Source: Amphiscolops sp. MND2022
Lineage: Eukaryota
Reading direction: 5' to 3'
Length of the DNA stretch: 64,000 nt
Assembly: GCA_964187785.1 (NCBI GenBank)
Contig: OZ076409.1
Coordinates: 20,586,001-20,650,000, forward strand
Part shown: positions 35,701 to 47,330 of the stretch, piece by piece
How the letters are laid out: the number at the start of each line of letters is the position of its first letter
How positions within the stretch are numbered: the stretch's first letter is position 1
Program-made: the position numbers and the translations under genes
Notes under the pieces: model-generated
The model's database searches: none
What the model was told of the DNA's origin: nothing
What the model saw: the letters and a program-made list of their open reading frames with translations, nothing else

Positions 35701-37374
35701 CAAATAAACAAAACGCCAATTAACGCAGAAATGGCGAATGATCTAGTCAATTCAAAAATCAGCCAAGTTTACGTAAAGGCTAATTACGAAAATGACAAAA
35801 ACATTCAAAAAATTATTCGTTTAATAAAAAAGAAAGATTCGTCTGTAATTGCTCGACTACCGCCCCCGTGGAGGGAAAAATTCTCATCATTTAGCTTAGA
35901 TTCTCAAGACCTACTTTATATGGATCAGAGATTAGTGATTCCAAAAGATATGAGAGAGAATGTTTTACGCGCTATCCATTTCGGCCACGCAGGGAGAGAC
36001 GCGATGCTACGGGAAGCGTCAGACGTATGGTGGCCAAGGATCCATAGAGAGATCATGGAAAAAGCAAAAAGTTGCGTGGACTGCCAAAATGCAGGTAAGA
36101 ATCTTAAATGTCTAAAGAGTCAAAAAGATTTTGGAAAACTACCGGAAGCGAATCAGCCTAATGACGAAATATCCTTAGACTTTGCTGGCCCATTTCAAAA
36201 TGAAAGAAAACAGAAAAAGTATTTGTTAGTCTCGGTCGATAATAATTCAGGTTGGCCGGATGCAATGTTTTTACCAAACCCAACGGCTGAAAAGGTAATT
36301 GAATTCCTGTTAGAGTACATTGCCAAAAATGGAATTCCGAAAAGAATACGGACGGACCCGGGAACAGTGTTTACGGGGGACAAATTCAAAGCATTTTGTA
36401 GAGAAAAATTCATTCAACACATAGTATGCCCAAGACGTGACCATAGAGGAAATGGGAAAGTTGAGAGAATGATTCGAACAGTAAACGAAAGGCTTAGAAC
36501 AAATAGAAACATAATTGTTCAAAAGGACACAACGGGAATATCAAATATATTATTTGCGCTAAGATCGGAAAAGGGAGCGGACAACAAATCAGCTTTTGAA
36601 AAGCAAATGGGTAGAACACCAAATACATTAAAATCTGCTATGATAAGAAAGTGTATTTTAGAAGAAGACCCAAAGCTCCAAATCGAACCCGAGGACTTCA
36701 GCGAAGAAGGCGACTCAACAATTCTCGTAAGAGAACGCGTGAGAGGTACCAAACTCGAAGGAAATTTCAAAAAGATGAAAGGAAAGGTGACCGCTGAAAG
36801 TGAACACACCATCACAATCCAGCCGAAAGCCGGAAAAACAACAATACTGTCCAAGCGAGATGTGGCTAAAGTAAACGAAGGAGCCAGCACAAGCGCAATG
36901 AAACAAAATGAAGAAACCAGCACGAGCGCACAAAAGCCATTTAAAGCAAAGAAAGCAAAGAAGCAAAAAGTGGCAGCGGCAAAGAAAAAGCCAGTCTGGG
37001 AAGAAATAGCAGAAAGGGAATTCTTTCGAGGCAGACTCGCATCAAACGAGGGCGAAGAAAAAGAAGAACAAACTGAACCAGAACAACAAGAAGAAAGTGC
37101 TGAAGCAAATAGCGCAGACGAATCAACAATACCGGCAAATGAAGAAAAAGAAATGAAGACAACGGAAAGCATGGAAGAAGAAGAAAAGAACAAAGAAAAG
37201 AAAGTACCCGTGAAGGGAAAGATAAAGTGGGAGAAAGTAGCGCAAAGAAGTTCAACGCGAACCCAGAAAAAGCCTGATTGGCTAGGAAACAACATAATGG
37301 TCACAAAGATCGAACAGGAATCCAGCGTAGGAGAAAGTCTACCGAGCGTATACGAAATACCTCCTCCTCAATAG
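32713..37374 (+). CDS. gag-pol: Gag-Pol polyprotein (1553 aa, single ORF)
   Basis: Two Zn knuckles (CWRC-x8-H-x3-C, CNYCGRKGHLEKVC), protease IDSGS, RT (DMTYAYGQ, FYGL, FIDD), RNase H (CDASKQGLGAVL, NELELVAVVW, SDHKAL), integrase HHCC (HFGH...CVDC) and D-D-E (LDF, TDPG, VERM), acidic/Lys-rich tail ending RSSTRTQKKPDWL. Confidence 0.97.
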   Translation: MALRAADDDQSNAPVPGLSYFWQDAEKSPSYDWDQWLQLFEVAVLARHSISVSELTRNAEQQPRAQALMGNMEEAPAARKVISLLYISLGKTGRKMLMDKFPQINILLIQLQQFLQFCNECFQIRRNRTMDKHTFLSRKQKPSESLHQYWNVLNGLAAKCDFGNQTEGLVYDVFVLNMANKQVQEKLCTEPKETPAEALQFAIAFEDGLKRQRTYGYIGNETKIKEEPVCTISGNRQNTKECWRCGAGNFTMDHLKFCKGPNATCNYCGRKGHLEKVCNQKKKDNLQQSGRFRASGSSEQINRRVRLVDQEEEEDDDNFLVLNIDGQSENVKPYYMEGFINGNRFKTMIDSGSPVTIFALDEIKQIMQREKLQVRQMIKGERYVDFNGKPLNLLGYVFCELQVGDQYIKKARILVTKSGTKSIIGREWLSTLKYTIAPANKGECEVNSIEKEEELSTETKQFCNDFPQLFKRNGKIKDHEIKIKLKPDAKITQQKGRRIPIQLQNAVDAEIKRLLKEGHIEKINEIKDDVFIQPTVITVKKDRSVKIALDARALNQAIDKDKYQMPNLDNLLDMVAEKLDNEEGEAWYSSVDMTYAYGQIPLHSLTAKHCNFQIIGGESTGTYRFVTGFYGLTVMPTEFQKVMDLLLAKFREVFVFIDDILIVTKGNKAEHLNKVREILKVLDKAELQLKAGKCKFAKQEIEWLGFKLTNSGISPINSKVQGITEKLRPTNLKELRSFLGAVNQFNRFVPDLATICFPFRSILKKEANWEWNEEHEKAFKRINKEVRKVAELTHFKRNKELRIICDASKQGLGAVLQQKEKEGWKPISYASRFLTELEAKYSINELELVAVVWSVEHFKNYVYGINFGVVSDHKALQSVLKSNKGNKTYSSRLTRWVDRLLPFDFNVVHEPGRTLGLADYLSRHPSEYNGSILKAEELFNNWFTINVVKEIVPTLNRKSAKENEPIRSEESFGRTKLANKSVLTIHQPTQSSVNCEQINKTPINAEMANDLVNSKISQVYVKANYENDKNIQKIIRLIKKKDSSVIARLPPPWREKFSSFSLDSQDLLYMDQRLVIPKDMRENVLRAIHFGHAGRDAMLREASDVWWPRIHREIMEKAKSCVDCQNAGKNLKCLKSQKDFGKLPEANQPNDEISLDFAGPFQNERKQKKYLLVSVDNNSGWPDAMFLPNPTAEKVIEFLLEYIAKNGIPKRIRTDPGTVFTGDKFKAFCREKFIQHIVCPRRDHRGNGKVERMIRTVNERLRTNRNIIVQKDTTGISNILFALRSEKGADNKSAFEKQMGRTPNTLKSAMIRKCILEEDPKLQIEPEDFSEEGDSTILVRERVRGTKLEGNFKKMKGKVTAESEHTITIQPKAGKTTILSKRDVAKVNEGASTSAMKQNEETSTSAQKPFKAKKAKKQKVAAAKKKPVWEEIAEREFFRGRLASNEGEEKEEQTEPEQQEESAEANSADESTIPANEEKEMKTTESMEEEEKNKEKKVPVKGKIKWEKVAQRSSTRTQKKPDWLGNNIMVTKIEQESSVGESLPSVYEIPPPQ
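32714..32728 (+). promoter_or_regulatory. Primer binding site (tRNA-Ser type)
   Basis: TGGCGCTGCGAGCAG immediately after the LTR; complement CTGCTCGCAGCG-CCA resembles animal tRNA-Ser 3' ends (recalled, not searched). Confidence 0.8.
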
Positions 37375-37688
37375 CAGCAAAAACTGAAAACTGAAACTCA
37401 TTAAACATTCCCGAAAGCTTGATAACTCAGGGCTTACTTATAGTTATTGCCATTGTCATGTAATCTGTAATCTTAAACCCAACCCGCAGTTTGAGTTTTA
37501 AAAGAACTGGTGTTGTAGTAACATTTGTTCAAAAATTGTTAATTGTGTTTTTAGTTGATACGTATTATCATGAAAAAAGTAGCAATCTGTAAAAGTATTG
37601 GCTAAACGATGGACCAATCACATAACAACGTTAATGTAAACGTAATTAAAGTTCATTTGTACAAAACCCCATGACCTTCATTAATACC

Positions 37689-37696
37689 GAGGGAAG
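37689..37696 (+). promoter_or_regulatory. Polypurine tract of Gypsy A
   Basis: GAGGGAAG directly abutting the 3' LTR. Confidence 0.8.
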
Positions 37697-37910
37697 TGTG
37701 GTAGGTGCTAGAAAACTAACATTACATAACCTAAAGCTTATGTGAGAAAATCAATAGTGTGAAATACTTTATTACGTAACATAGTAACAACCTGCCAAAT
37801 TATGCCAAAGTGGCAAAATAACAACAATTGCCATAAAACAGAATACCGTTGAATTTACAGTTGCTATCATATTCTTCTTTACTTCCACTCCTGAGTCGTA
37901 GACGTTTACA
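37697..37910 (+). repeat. 3' LTR of Gypsy A
   Basis: 214-bp direct repeat of 32500-32713, followed by TSD TGCGT. Confidence 0.98.
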
Positions 37911-38185
37911 TGCGTGCTTCAAAGCAGAAAACAGTGGATTTGAATCCCGCTTTCAACGGCATTTTTTCTTCATATTCAAAACTATTTTTAAATTTTTTTA
38001 TAGTTAAACTAAATAAACTGTGAGATTACACGTTTTTTCATGCAGTGGGTCATTGTTCGAACTTTCGAAGTGCATTGCCGACTGTCAGACTGTCATCATT
38101 AAAAATCTCAAACAAAAAATCGTTCATCGTAACATGAAAATACAAATGTGGAAGTTCTCCTTTAAATTTTCTCGGTATTGGGCAA

Positions 38186-38533
38186 TTTTATTATTATTTT
38201 CCGACCCACATTTTCAATGGGGGAGGAAAATCATGATCTATGTTGCGTTTTTTTTCCAAATTTTGTCAAAACTCCACCTTATGCTAACTACACTTACTCA
38301 GTCTCCCTACTGAGAGGAGGGAATAATATCTAAAGTAAAAATGGGAATAAGATCTAAAGGGACTAAGATCTAAAATTTCAGGACGGGAATAAGATCTAAA
38401 GGGAATAAGATCTGAAATTACTAAATTTTAGATCTTATTATTTAGATCCTATTCCCCTCCCATAATACCTATGGCTCCAGTGATGAAGGCGAAAAGGGAG
38501 GAAAATATCCCGGTTCTTAGCAGGAGTCTTGTT
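38186..38533 (+). mobile_element. Helentron/DINE-1-like element, family B, with GGGAATAAGATCTAAA minisatellite
   Basis: 5' TTTTCCGACCCAC...GGAAAATCATGATCTATGTTGCG core; 3' GGAAAATATCCCGGTTCTTAGCAGGAGTCTTGTT; ends shared with 48481-48882 and 51384-51695. Confidence 0.75.
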
Positions 38534-38613
38534 TCTCAAAGAACATCAGTTTGATAGGCTGTTTTTGTTGTGTTGTTGAAGTCTCTGGATATTAATATAC
38601 ATAAAGTTGTTCA

Positions 38614-39931
38614 TTTTTTGTCGGCGTTTCGGAAAAACATTCACAACTCTTACAGTGGGAACTTTTTTACTCAGTGCATTTGAAGAAAAATGCCCGACTC
38701 TTACAGTGGCTAGTTTTTTCGTCGGATTACAGAGCTCACTCTGTATGTACCATGTTTGGTGTCGAGGTTAATCGGTTCAGTGGGAACATACCGGTTGCTG
38801 CAGTCCCCGCTTCAGTCAACATTTTTTTGTGCTTTTGCAGGTAGGTGGAGGTTCGCAAATATTGCGCTATATCCGAACTTTTGACGTTATATCCGAAGTA
38901 AATTACGTTCTACTAAGGACGATGCGGAGGTTGCGCTATATCAAAAAAATGCACTGGATTAAGATTAAGTTTTTAATACCATTTTTGCAAGGTAACTTGA
39001 TACAAACTATATGCCACTTAACCTAAAGGTTACCCCACATTTCCAGGACTGGTGACGGGGTTTGAGAAGCAGAAATACGTGGGTTCGAGTCTCGCTTAGA
39101 AATAGATGTTTAGGTTTGCAAAAGTAAAGGACCCCGTTTGGAATTTTTTTTGGCACTTTTTATCTTTTTTTTCCAGCAGCTTTTTCAACCGAAGTGCCCC
39201 TTTTTGATTTTTAGCAGCAACAAAGCAAAGCGTTTTGCGAGCATAAAGGGCCCCGATATAGTTTTTCGGCACTATGCAATTTATCAAATTGATTTTTCTG
39301 AACAAAAACTTTCGAATTTAAAACAATTTGAAAATTTTTCAAACTCATTTGTTTGCAGGTATTTTGTTAAGTTTTTGCAGGTTTTTCAAGTATTAGGGTG
39401 ATCTCTTTTGAGGTCCTTCAGATCTTTTGAGTAATTTCTCAATCTTCGCTTTTGGCATTTTGCGTCTTTTTTCCCACCAAAAAAACTTTGTCAAATGGTA
39501 GCTCCTTCACATTTTATAAGGTTTTGAGTTCAGAAAAAAGAAAAAGCGTTTTGTGAATTTAGAAGGTCTTTTGTTTGGTTTTTTTGACACCATCAAATGT
39601 GTTTCCGGGAAGCAACTTTTTTCGGTATTTTTTCAAAAATTGCCTTGCTAGATGCAACTTTTCTGGAAAAACAATCATTTGGTCAAAGGGTACTTCATCC
39701 ACTTTCATCAACGATTTCGGCTTGGAAAAAGGTGTTTGGTGAGCTTAAAGCTCCTCTTTTGCCCCTGTGAGATTTTTCCGAAGAAATATTCGAGTCTTAT
39801 GGATATCCTTTCGGGTATTTTCTGATCCAGTAATTTTGATGAAAATTTTCACAATACTGTTCCTCCGAATATCCACTTTGCTGTATTCGAAACTTGAGTA
39901 GGGCACCGACTTAGGCCGTTAACTGCTTGTT
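38614..39931 (+). mobile_element. Helentron/DINE-1-like element, family A (long degenerate copy, triplicated 5' module)
   Basis: GTCGGCG...ACTCTTACAGTGG module repeated at ~38614, 38663 and 38714; internal B-box-like GGGTTCGAGTCTC at 39081; 3' GGCACCGACTTAGGCCGTTAACTGCTTGTT. Confidence 0.7.
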
Positions 39932-42266
39932 TGTTCTAGCAACAAAATACTGTTAGAACCTGGCAAAATATAAGAGTAAACGCGACTGAAAAAATAATTG
40001 TCCTGTCACTTTAAGAGTATCGGTGGAAAAATGAAAAATACAGAAAAAAGGAGCAATGCGAAATTTTTGTGGTACGCTATAAGATGGAAATTGGTTACCT
40101 CAAATCGAGGAACTTTGTTGACAACAAGCGCGACTGATTAAAACTTCGTGAAAGTTTTGACTTCTAAGCCCTCTCGGGATTTTCAGGCTTGATATGCACA
40201 AGATACTTGGAAATACTTTAGGGCTCAAATTAATTCGATAAATTTTTCAAACAATTTATACGGAGTTTACTTGAAAAGTTTTTCTTGAAACCTCAGAATC
40301 AACCGACTAAGGAATTTTCGGAAAATCAATATTTTTTGATTGAAAAAACAACTTCGGAAGTTTTCCACACAATTTTGACATATGAGACGCTCTGTTTTTC
40401 GGGAGTCTTTAAGATCTTCAGCATCAAATTTCCCGATTACTGCTTCTTCAGTTCTTGTTCACAGAGAAAAACTTTCATTTGTTTCTTCGTGAATTTGTAA
40501 ATGAGAAAAAAATTAAGTTTTCGTGTTCTACTGATTAGCTGAAATTTTGCTATTTCAGACTTCACTGAACGAAAAAGGAAAAACAATTGCGGCCTCAATT
40601 AATAAACATAGTTTTGAATAGTGGTGGATACATTACCTACAATTTTTTGTGCTGATTTTTTTTCTATCCCCAATTTTTACATTCTGACGTACTTTGTTCA
40701 TGTTGTTGTCATAAGGAATGCCTTGTATTTTCCGCAATGTGTCAAAATTTGAGCTAGGAACGCGGATGTCTTGCATTTGGGGTGTCAAATCTCCAGAAAT
40801 TGCGGAAGTCTTTTTTAAATTTATATTTTTGTCTTTCATATTCTTTTTTTGCCCAGCAATTCCTGCCAAAATTTGAAGCGTTCAAAAATAATAGAGCAAA
40901 ATTCCTATTGGTTTTGTGATCTAGTAGCAAGTACGTAGATTAGTTTGAACCCCGCGCAATAACGAAACTGTTTAATGTTTTCAAACTGAACTATTCAAAA
41001 TGTGTTTGCTAATGTAACGAAAATAAATTAAAATTCGATTCTTTTGTCAAGTCATGCTATTAACACTAAAAACCTGGCGATATATATATTTTTTGAAATT
41101 GTGATTCTTTTTGCCAGTAGCCCAGGACGGGAAAGTCTCAAGTCGGTGCCCCGCTTAGTGCAAAGGTTTTAGAATATGCTCAAGGCGTTTTTGAGTAAAA
41201 TCAAACATAACAGTACGAATAAATACCCAAAGGAAGCCTTTTGTGCTCAGAAAATGTTCTTCTCTAACTGAAAACTTAAAAATAACAAATTGACGAAAGT
41301 CGCATAGTGCCGAAAAAACCATAAAGGAGCCATTGTGTTTTAAAACTCTTGTTCGTGTCCAAAAACATCAAAAACCTAATAAGGGATTCTTTTGGAGAGT
41401 TGTAATTTTTCCGAAAAAAACCCTGAGGGGGATCATTAAGTATCAAAAAGTTCCGAAGATACGGTTAATGCTACAAAAAACTCAAAAGTAGTACCTTTTA
41501 GCCCCCTTGGGCTCCTTTGGTACCCTTTAGAGTTTAGGTCTAAAATCTGAAAAAGAAAACCCTTCAGTGTGAGTTCTTTGGTCTTACAAAAAAACTTGCA
41601 GCTGCAAAAGTATGTAAATTTCTACTATATTGACATCGGAGTTTTCTGAGCCGTCAAAGCTTCCGAAACCAACATGTATACTACGTGCTCAACGCAACTT
41701 GTTGTTTCTCAAGTAAAAAAATACTAATTTTTCGTATTCATTATACAAAAAACTGTCAAAAAATCGTATCTTGGGAAAAGTTACCTCCAAGTTGTTGAAT
41801 GGTTTAGTTAGAGTCTAATCATTTGGAATGTTTTTGCAATAAGTAATGTAGAAAGCCATTTTGGAAAGTAAATTCTGATTTTCAACCCACGGTATTTTTT
41901 CTCTTTTTCTCATTCTTTTTCTCTTTTGTTTTCTGAGAACCATTATAGTTCAAAAAGCACCAAAAATCCAAATTCGAAAGAATTTGGTTTTATTATGGAA
42001 CCAAAACATCATCAATCAATGTTTTTAGAAACCAAAAAAGTACCTTTGATTATTCCTAAAGATCTTCAATGCTCCAAATAGAAAAACAAGCAAAGCAAAG
42101 TGATATACAAAAAGTCAAGTTTGTAATGTTTTAGCACTTCATGAGCTGTTTCGGCCTTTTCTCTGTGTTTTTAGACAACTATGTGCTGTACGTCCTCGTG
42201 GTCATTTTGACATTTGAAGTTTCTATTTAAAATTTGGTCAGGTGTTTGAAGGCAAACTAGCTTGTT

Positions 42267-42390
42267 GGGAGGAGCATGGTGTAGTGGTTAGAGTATTTGG
42301 CTTGTACTGGGGCGGTATAAGGTTCGAATCTCTCTCAACTCACCATTGTTGGGCCTTGAGCAATTCCTTCATCCCTAGCTCAGTGGTATG
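42267..42390 (+). mobile_element. tRNA-derived SINE (degenerate)
   Basis: A box TGGTGTAGTGG (42277-42287), B box GGTTCGAATCT (42321-42331), then GTTGGGCCTTGAGCAA.TCCTTCA, resembling the CCTTGAGCAAG block that follows the tRNA head in many animal SINEs; no cloverleaf. Confidence 0.65.
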
Positions 42391-43164
42391 GTCAGAGAAA
42401 AAGAAATCACGCACGGAGCAGAGCAAAATAGAAAAGAGCAACGGTGAGCAGTCAGACCTCTGTGATCTTGAGAAAGTCACTTTGAAACCACAATTTCAAG
42501 CCCACCATTTCTTCACTACTTGACTGCAAATATTGTACCATAGCTGGCTGTGGGGAGATAGTATCCGAAAGTGCGCCGACTTAGAAAAACAGAACTGTTT
42601 TTTCGGCGTCCAGCCCGCGGAATTGGAAAAATTAATTTTCTTCTTGCTTCTTCGACTTGAACTTTCATGAAAAGTTTCAACTTTTTTTCGGGAGGCGGAA
42701 ATTTCATCGTATTCGCAAATCCAAAAACCGTCGTCAGAAATCTGGTCGTCAGAACTTTTGTTGTAGTTATTATAAGTAACCAAATTTATAGCGTTTACTA
42801 GAAGGTATTGATTTATTTGTTCAAATATTTAAATATTAATTTCAAGATCTTAAAAACAAGCTTCAATTGAACACCCTGTCAATGTCAAGGTGAACAGTTT
42901 TTGTTGAGAAACCTAGTAAATGACCCACAAAAAATGAAACACTTATTAATTTTTCTCTCAGGTCAAAGTTTTCTCTCGAAAAGTGCAAAATTTATTGGTT
43001 TTTATTAAGTAGGTACTTATTGATTTACGTTCAAAGTACCTGCCAAATCTGACTGATATCCTCAAGACGGATGGTGTTTTGAATGATTGACAAGCGACAA
43101 AATGGAATTTAGAAAACTCTTGGCATCAATGATTCAACAACGATTTTTAATAGGCAAGTTAAGG

Positions 43165-44265
43165 TTAAATTGATTTCGTTGAATATAAAATTACAAAAGT
43201 AATATTACAATCAACAAGGACGGGAAATTAGTTTTTCAACTCTTCCAATGCTCCCGCCCTGAGAACTAACAAAATAAATTTTCAGGAGATACTTTAATAA
43301 TTTGACCTAGGAAAATAAATTATGTAAATCTCTGTTATTGGTAATATAGTTGCAATTCATTTTTTAAACATGCGCTGCGCAACTAGCTTTACTCTTTTTT
43401 TCAATTTTTTTGGTAGCAAACTGTTTTCTTTTAACCAAGTATGGAGTTTTAAATTTGATATTTTTAAAGATCTTTGACAGAGTTTTGTACGGGTGTACAC
43501 TGATGTTATCAGTCTTTTTTTTTATATTTCTTGTGTTCACTTTTGAGGGAACAAAAAAAAGATTTCAAAAAATTGATTAGTGAGTTTCCTCTGATTTCGT
43601 TGATCACTTCATGGAGCATTCGTTTATGTAAAGTTCGAAAACCGTTTGCAGCTGATTTTCTTCCATTATATAAAGGATTGAGTCGGATTGTTTTTTGAAA
43701 AACATTGCTCAAAAAATTCTCGGCTGAGCTTTTTCAATTGGTTCTTAACTTGCTTTTGTAGTGGCTCCATATGCCAGCAGACCATAACGTCAGATTTAGC
43801 GTATGAGTTACAGAACAAATTGAGACATTTTTTCGGGTACAATTCTCGTATCCTGTAAAGTAATCCACAAAATCTGTTTAATTTCTTTGTGATCATTTTG
43901 ATATGATTTTTGAAATCTAGCTTACTGTCCAAAAAAAGTCCCAAGTATTTACAACTGTTTTTCAACTCAACTTGTTGGCCAAAAGCAGATTCATTCACTA
44001 GTAACGCATTTCGGAATCCAATAGATTCGCATTTTTCAGTATTTACTGTTAGTTTATTCCGTTTAAACCAAGATGTTTTTCTTTGGATATCGTCGGTGCT
44101 TTCGTTTTCCGAGTTTTTATTCATATTGCATACTGAGGTATCATCCGCAAAAAGAGATATCTTACTATTTTTACAGGTTGACGGTAGGTTGTTTATATAT
44201 AAAAGAAACAAGAAGGGCCCCAAAATTGATCCTTGTGGGACACCAGTGACAATCGATTTCATGCA
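43165..44265 (-). mobile_element. 5'-truncated non-LTR retrotransposon (CR1/L2 group) with RT C-terminal remnant
   Basis: ORF 43666-44262: GVPQGSILGPFLFLLYIN, LFADDT, KLTVNTEKC, KYLGLFLDSKLDF; frameshifted downstream; 3' UTR stem-loop GGGCGGGA...TCCCGTCC (minus strand, ~43218-43259). Boundaries approximate. Confidence 0.9.
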
Positions 44266-46204
44266 AGCTAAAGTACGACAAATTACTTAAGAACGTGATT
44301 ACCGAAGACGGAATTGTTGACGACAAAACTGCTGACGACTATTGACGTAGTTCACAAAGTTCTAACAGCCCTAATAATTTGATTTTTGCAATGCTAGCTA
44401 AAATGTTTATGACAGTATAATTCAGTTATTCGTCACTTAAAATGATTTTTCTCCACACATAGAACCATATGTCCTAAAAGTTCTGTTGAAATGACGCGTT
44501 GTTTTCAAGTATGCTGAGGAATTCTATCATCTTTTGAGAGTAAAATCTTTCAACAAGCTTGAATTCCGCTTCCTGAGCTTTAGAACACAAAAAACTTAAT
44601 GAGCCACGTTCGATTGAAGCTTCGAATCATTTTAGTTCAGTTTGACTATCTGATTGAAAGTAATGCTTTCGATGGTTATTGAGGAATTCGGGAAAAAAAT
44701 TCATACCTGGTGCTTTGAAGTATGGCGATTATAAGTAAAACCGAATTCATTTTGTACCGAAGGTTTTTTTCTGAATACGGGATCATTATAAATAATTAGG
44801 ATGAAACTGATGTCGAGTGGTTTGCAATGGGCTTAAAGCTTCAGTTTGGCTCTTAAGCTAACTCACAGAGGTGTGCAAAGTTTTGATATAGCACGGACTT
44901 TTTGGGACTAAGGAGATTTTGCGGCTGTGATTTTTCAAATGTGTATTTCAAGAAGAGGATGGATTTCATGAGTGAAGTTGCAGAGGCTCCAAGGAGGAAA
45001 CTGATAATGAGACCATGGGGTTACTATAATGCAATTGTGTGACAGTTTATCTCGAGAAGGTAAATAATTTGGACATTTCAGCGGAAATGGCGCCGTTGGA
45101 AATTATCTGGCTTGGCTGTGGATGTATGCAGCATGAATGAATAAAGATGTACTTGAATGTACATGAGTGTACGTGAAGGAATTAAATGGTATGTATTCAT
45201 ATTTCGCCATGGATACGCAGCGGGAGAGAGAAGAAAAGAAACGGCTTAGTTGAGCAAACATTTGTGACGGCCGTGGCTTCCATATTCGATGGATGAGTGA
45301 AATGAAAATAAGAACGAGAGACTTTTTTCAACTCTTACTGCTGGGTAGATGCTACCGGCCGCACTGTGGCGAGAATTATTTCTGTTCCAGGAATAATATC
45401 TGGTTGCTCAAAGCCTGGCTACTGCATGGTTAAGGGCTGCAGCAAGGGTCATAGAAGAGAGAGATAAACTGCGGAGTGAACAAATACACCCAGAGTGATC
45501 AAAGTTGCATTGCAATAAAGTTAATTGAATTTGTTGCAGCTTCATTTCCAGCCGAGCTCCAGGCTTGTGGATAAAGTGTGTCGACGGGCATGAAACGTCA
45601 TGGAAGGGATACACCTTACCTTGGAACCTCTCCTTATATGGTGCAATGCCACCTGTCACTGGGCGAGCTAAGCTTGATAAGGCACCCCGCCCAAAATATT
45701 GAGGAAACGGAGGATAAAAGTGAGCGTGGGATGTAAAGACCAGTCAAATAACTTTTGAGGGAGCGGGTTTTGATAGGCAGCAATTGTGTAATTCAAAAGT
45801 TGGGTAACTTAATTGATATTCATGCAAACATGGGCGTTATCACAGTGCGCTAACGCAGTCTGCTTTTGGGAAGGATAAGGGTTTCAGGTTGCTTGTTTCC
45901 TTTTTTCTGCGCTGTTTTCACTTTGTTTGTAGATGTTTGTCGGTGTTTGTTTCTTCATTGAGTACGTTCCAGTCCCGAGCGGGTACGTAAGCAGTGGCTG
46001 TGGGGGTCTTTCAACAGCGATGAATGGAAAGGGGGAATTGGAGAGACAAAAAGAAGGAGGTCTAAAGTCCCCTCATTAGGAAATGGCCACCTTATTTTGT
46101 CGTTGTCTTATTCTCTCCCGCCAAATTTATCTCTTCATTTTGTTAATAATTTTTGATCCCTTCTAACATTTCGTCAAGCACCACTACCGTGCCGTCGCCG
46201 CCGC

Positions 46205-46490
46205 CGTCGCTACAATTGGCAAGTGTTGTAACCGGTACCTTCTGATTGGTTCTTATTTCAACCACACCATTGCGTGCTACCATAGACATACTAGCACAAC
46301 AGCAGCGGCGGTGGTTCCTCCAAATCAGTTGTACTTCAGTTTCGTGGAATTGGATAGATTAACATAATAAGTACTAGCTTCAGAGTATACGGTACCAGCG
46401 CTGGCTACGTTTGTTGGTGGTCGTGGACAATCTTATACTTCGCGCAGCTCCTATAAAGCAACGGCTAGCTGGTTTCTTTCAGCGGCGTTT
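46205..46490 (+). promoter_or_regulatory. Candidate RNA Pol II promoter (TATA + Inr + CCAAT boxes)
   Basis: CTATAAAG at 46451-46458, Inr-like TTTCAGC with A at 46481 (29 nt downstream), ATTGG motifs at ~46215 and ~46245, inside a transposon-free block of about 3 kb. Confidence 0.4.
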
Positions 46491-47274
46491 GTTCAGCTGG
46501 AATATAGTCGGTTGCGAACTGGTTTCGGCGGGAAGTAAGATTAAAATTGAAGATAGAAGATAGGTGTACACGCAGCAAGGAGAGAAAAAAGAGGAAATAA
46601 TAGGATCAATTGTTTGCTCTTCAAAACGGCGACAACTCGACGACAGAGGGATAACTAGTTTAGACCGTTGCAACAAACAAATACAGCAGCACCTCTCGTA
46701 CACCAATGGCCGGCCTTTCAAGTGCCGCGGCTCTCCCGTCCAGGTATGAAATCCAAAGTGGCTCTGTCACCAACAAGCCAAACCAATTGGACCAAGATTG
46801 CAGCTGAAGAAGAAGGAATCACACTCGCAATTGCGACTATATTAATAATTTTTGTTGCCAATAAAGACGACGGTGCAATAAATATAGATAGAAACTCTTT
46901 GGTGCACTTGGTCGACGTACCGCCACATAAACAGTATCAGGATGTGCTATGTCGGTCGTGTGTCGTACTTCATCTTAAAACAATCTCAGGAAAGAAAGGA
47001 AAAGGAAGAAGAAAAAGAAACATTGAAGGAAGAAGCGGCGCGGCAGAGAATTGAAGGAGGAGAGAAAGAAAAAGACAAAACAGAGGACGACAAAGTGTAT
47101 GATGGTTGAAAACTAGTGTTGCCAGTTATGGTGCTACCACCGTGTTTATCTTGCCTCTCTCCCACCGTCTTCTCGCCTCACCTAACTGATTTCCTCTCAC
47201 TATCTCTCCCTATCTTCCCTCTTCCTCTCCCTCTACCACCGCCTGAACAAAATACCAGCCAAGGAGCCTCCGAA

Positions 47275-47330
47275 ACAACAACAACCACTACTATTACTAC
47301 TACTACTACTACAGCGACTACTGCTACTGT
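47275..47330 (+). repeat. (ACA)n/(ACT)n imperfect trinucleotide microsatellite
   Basis: ACAACAACAACCACTACTATTACTACTACTACTACAGCGACTACTGCTACT. Confidence 0.9.

Larger units (their letters stand above)
32500..37910 (+). mobile_element. Intact full-length Ty3/Gypsy LTR retrotransposon (family A; Mag-like), 5411 bp
   Basis: 214-bp TG...CA LTRs, 5-bp TSD TGCGT (32495-32499 / 37911-37915), PBS, PPT and an uninterrupted gag-pol ORF with order PR-RT-RH-IN. Confidence 0.98.

Noticed and set aside
36519..37304. 261-aa antisense ORF and other antisense ORFs over the Gypsy elements
   Set aside because: Ser/Phe-rich mirror of A-rich Glu/Lys codons on the sense strand; expected shadow ORFs.
37375..37696. 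env gene or chromodomain in Gypsy A
   Set aside because: Only ~320 nt between stop and LTR with no long ORF; the integrase tail is low-complexity without chromodomain aromatic residues.
46479..46721. Minus-strand ORF with a hydrophobic stretch as the receptor signal-peptide exon
   Set aside because: No convincing donor before the stop and the composition is that of low-complexity UTR-like DNA.
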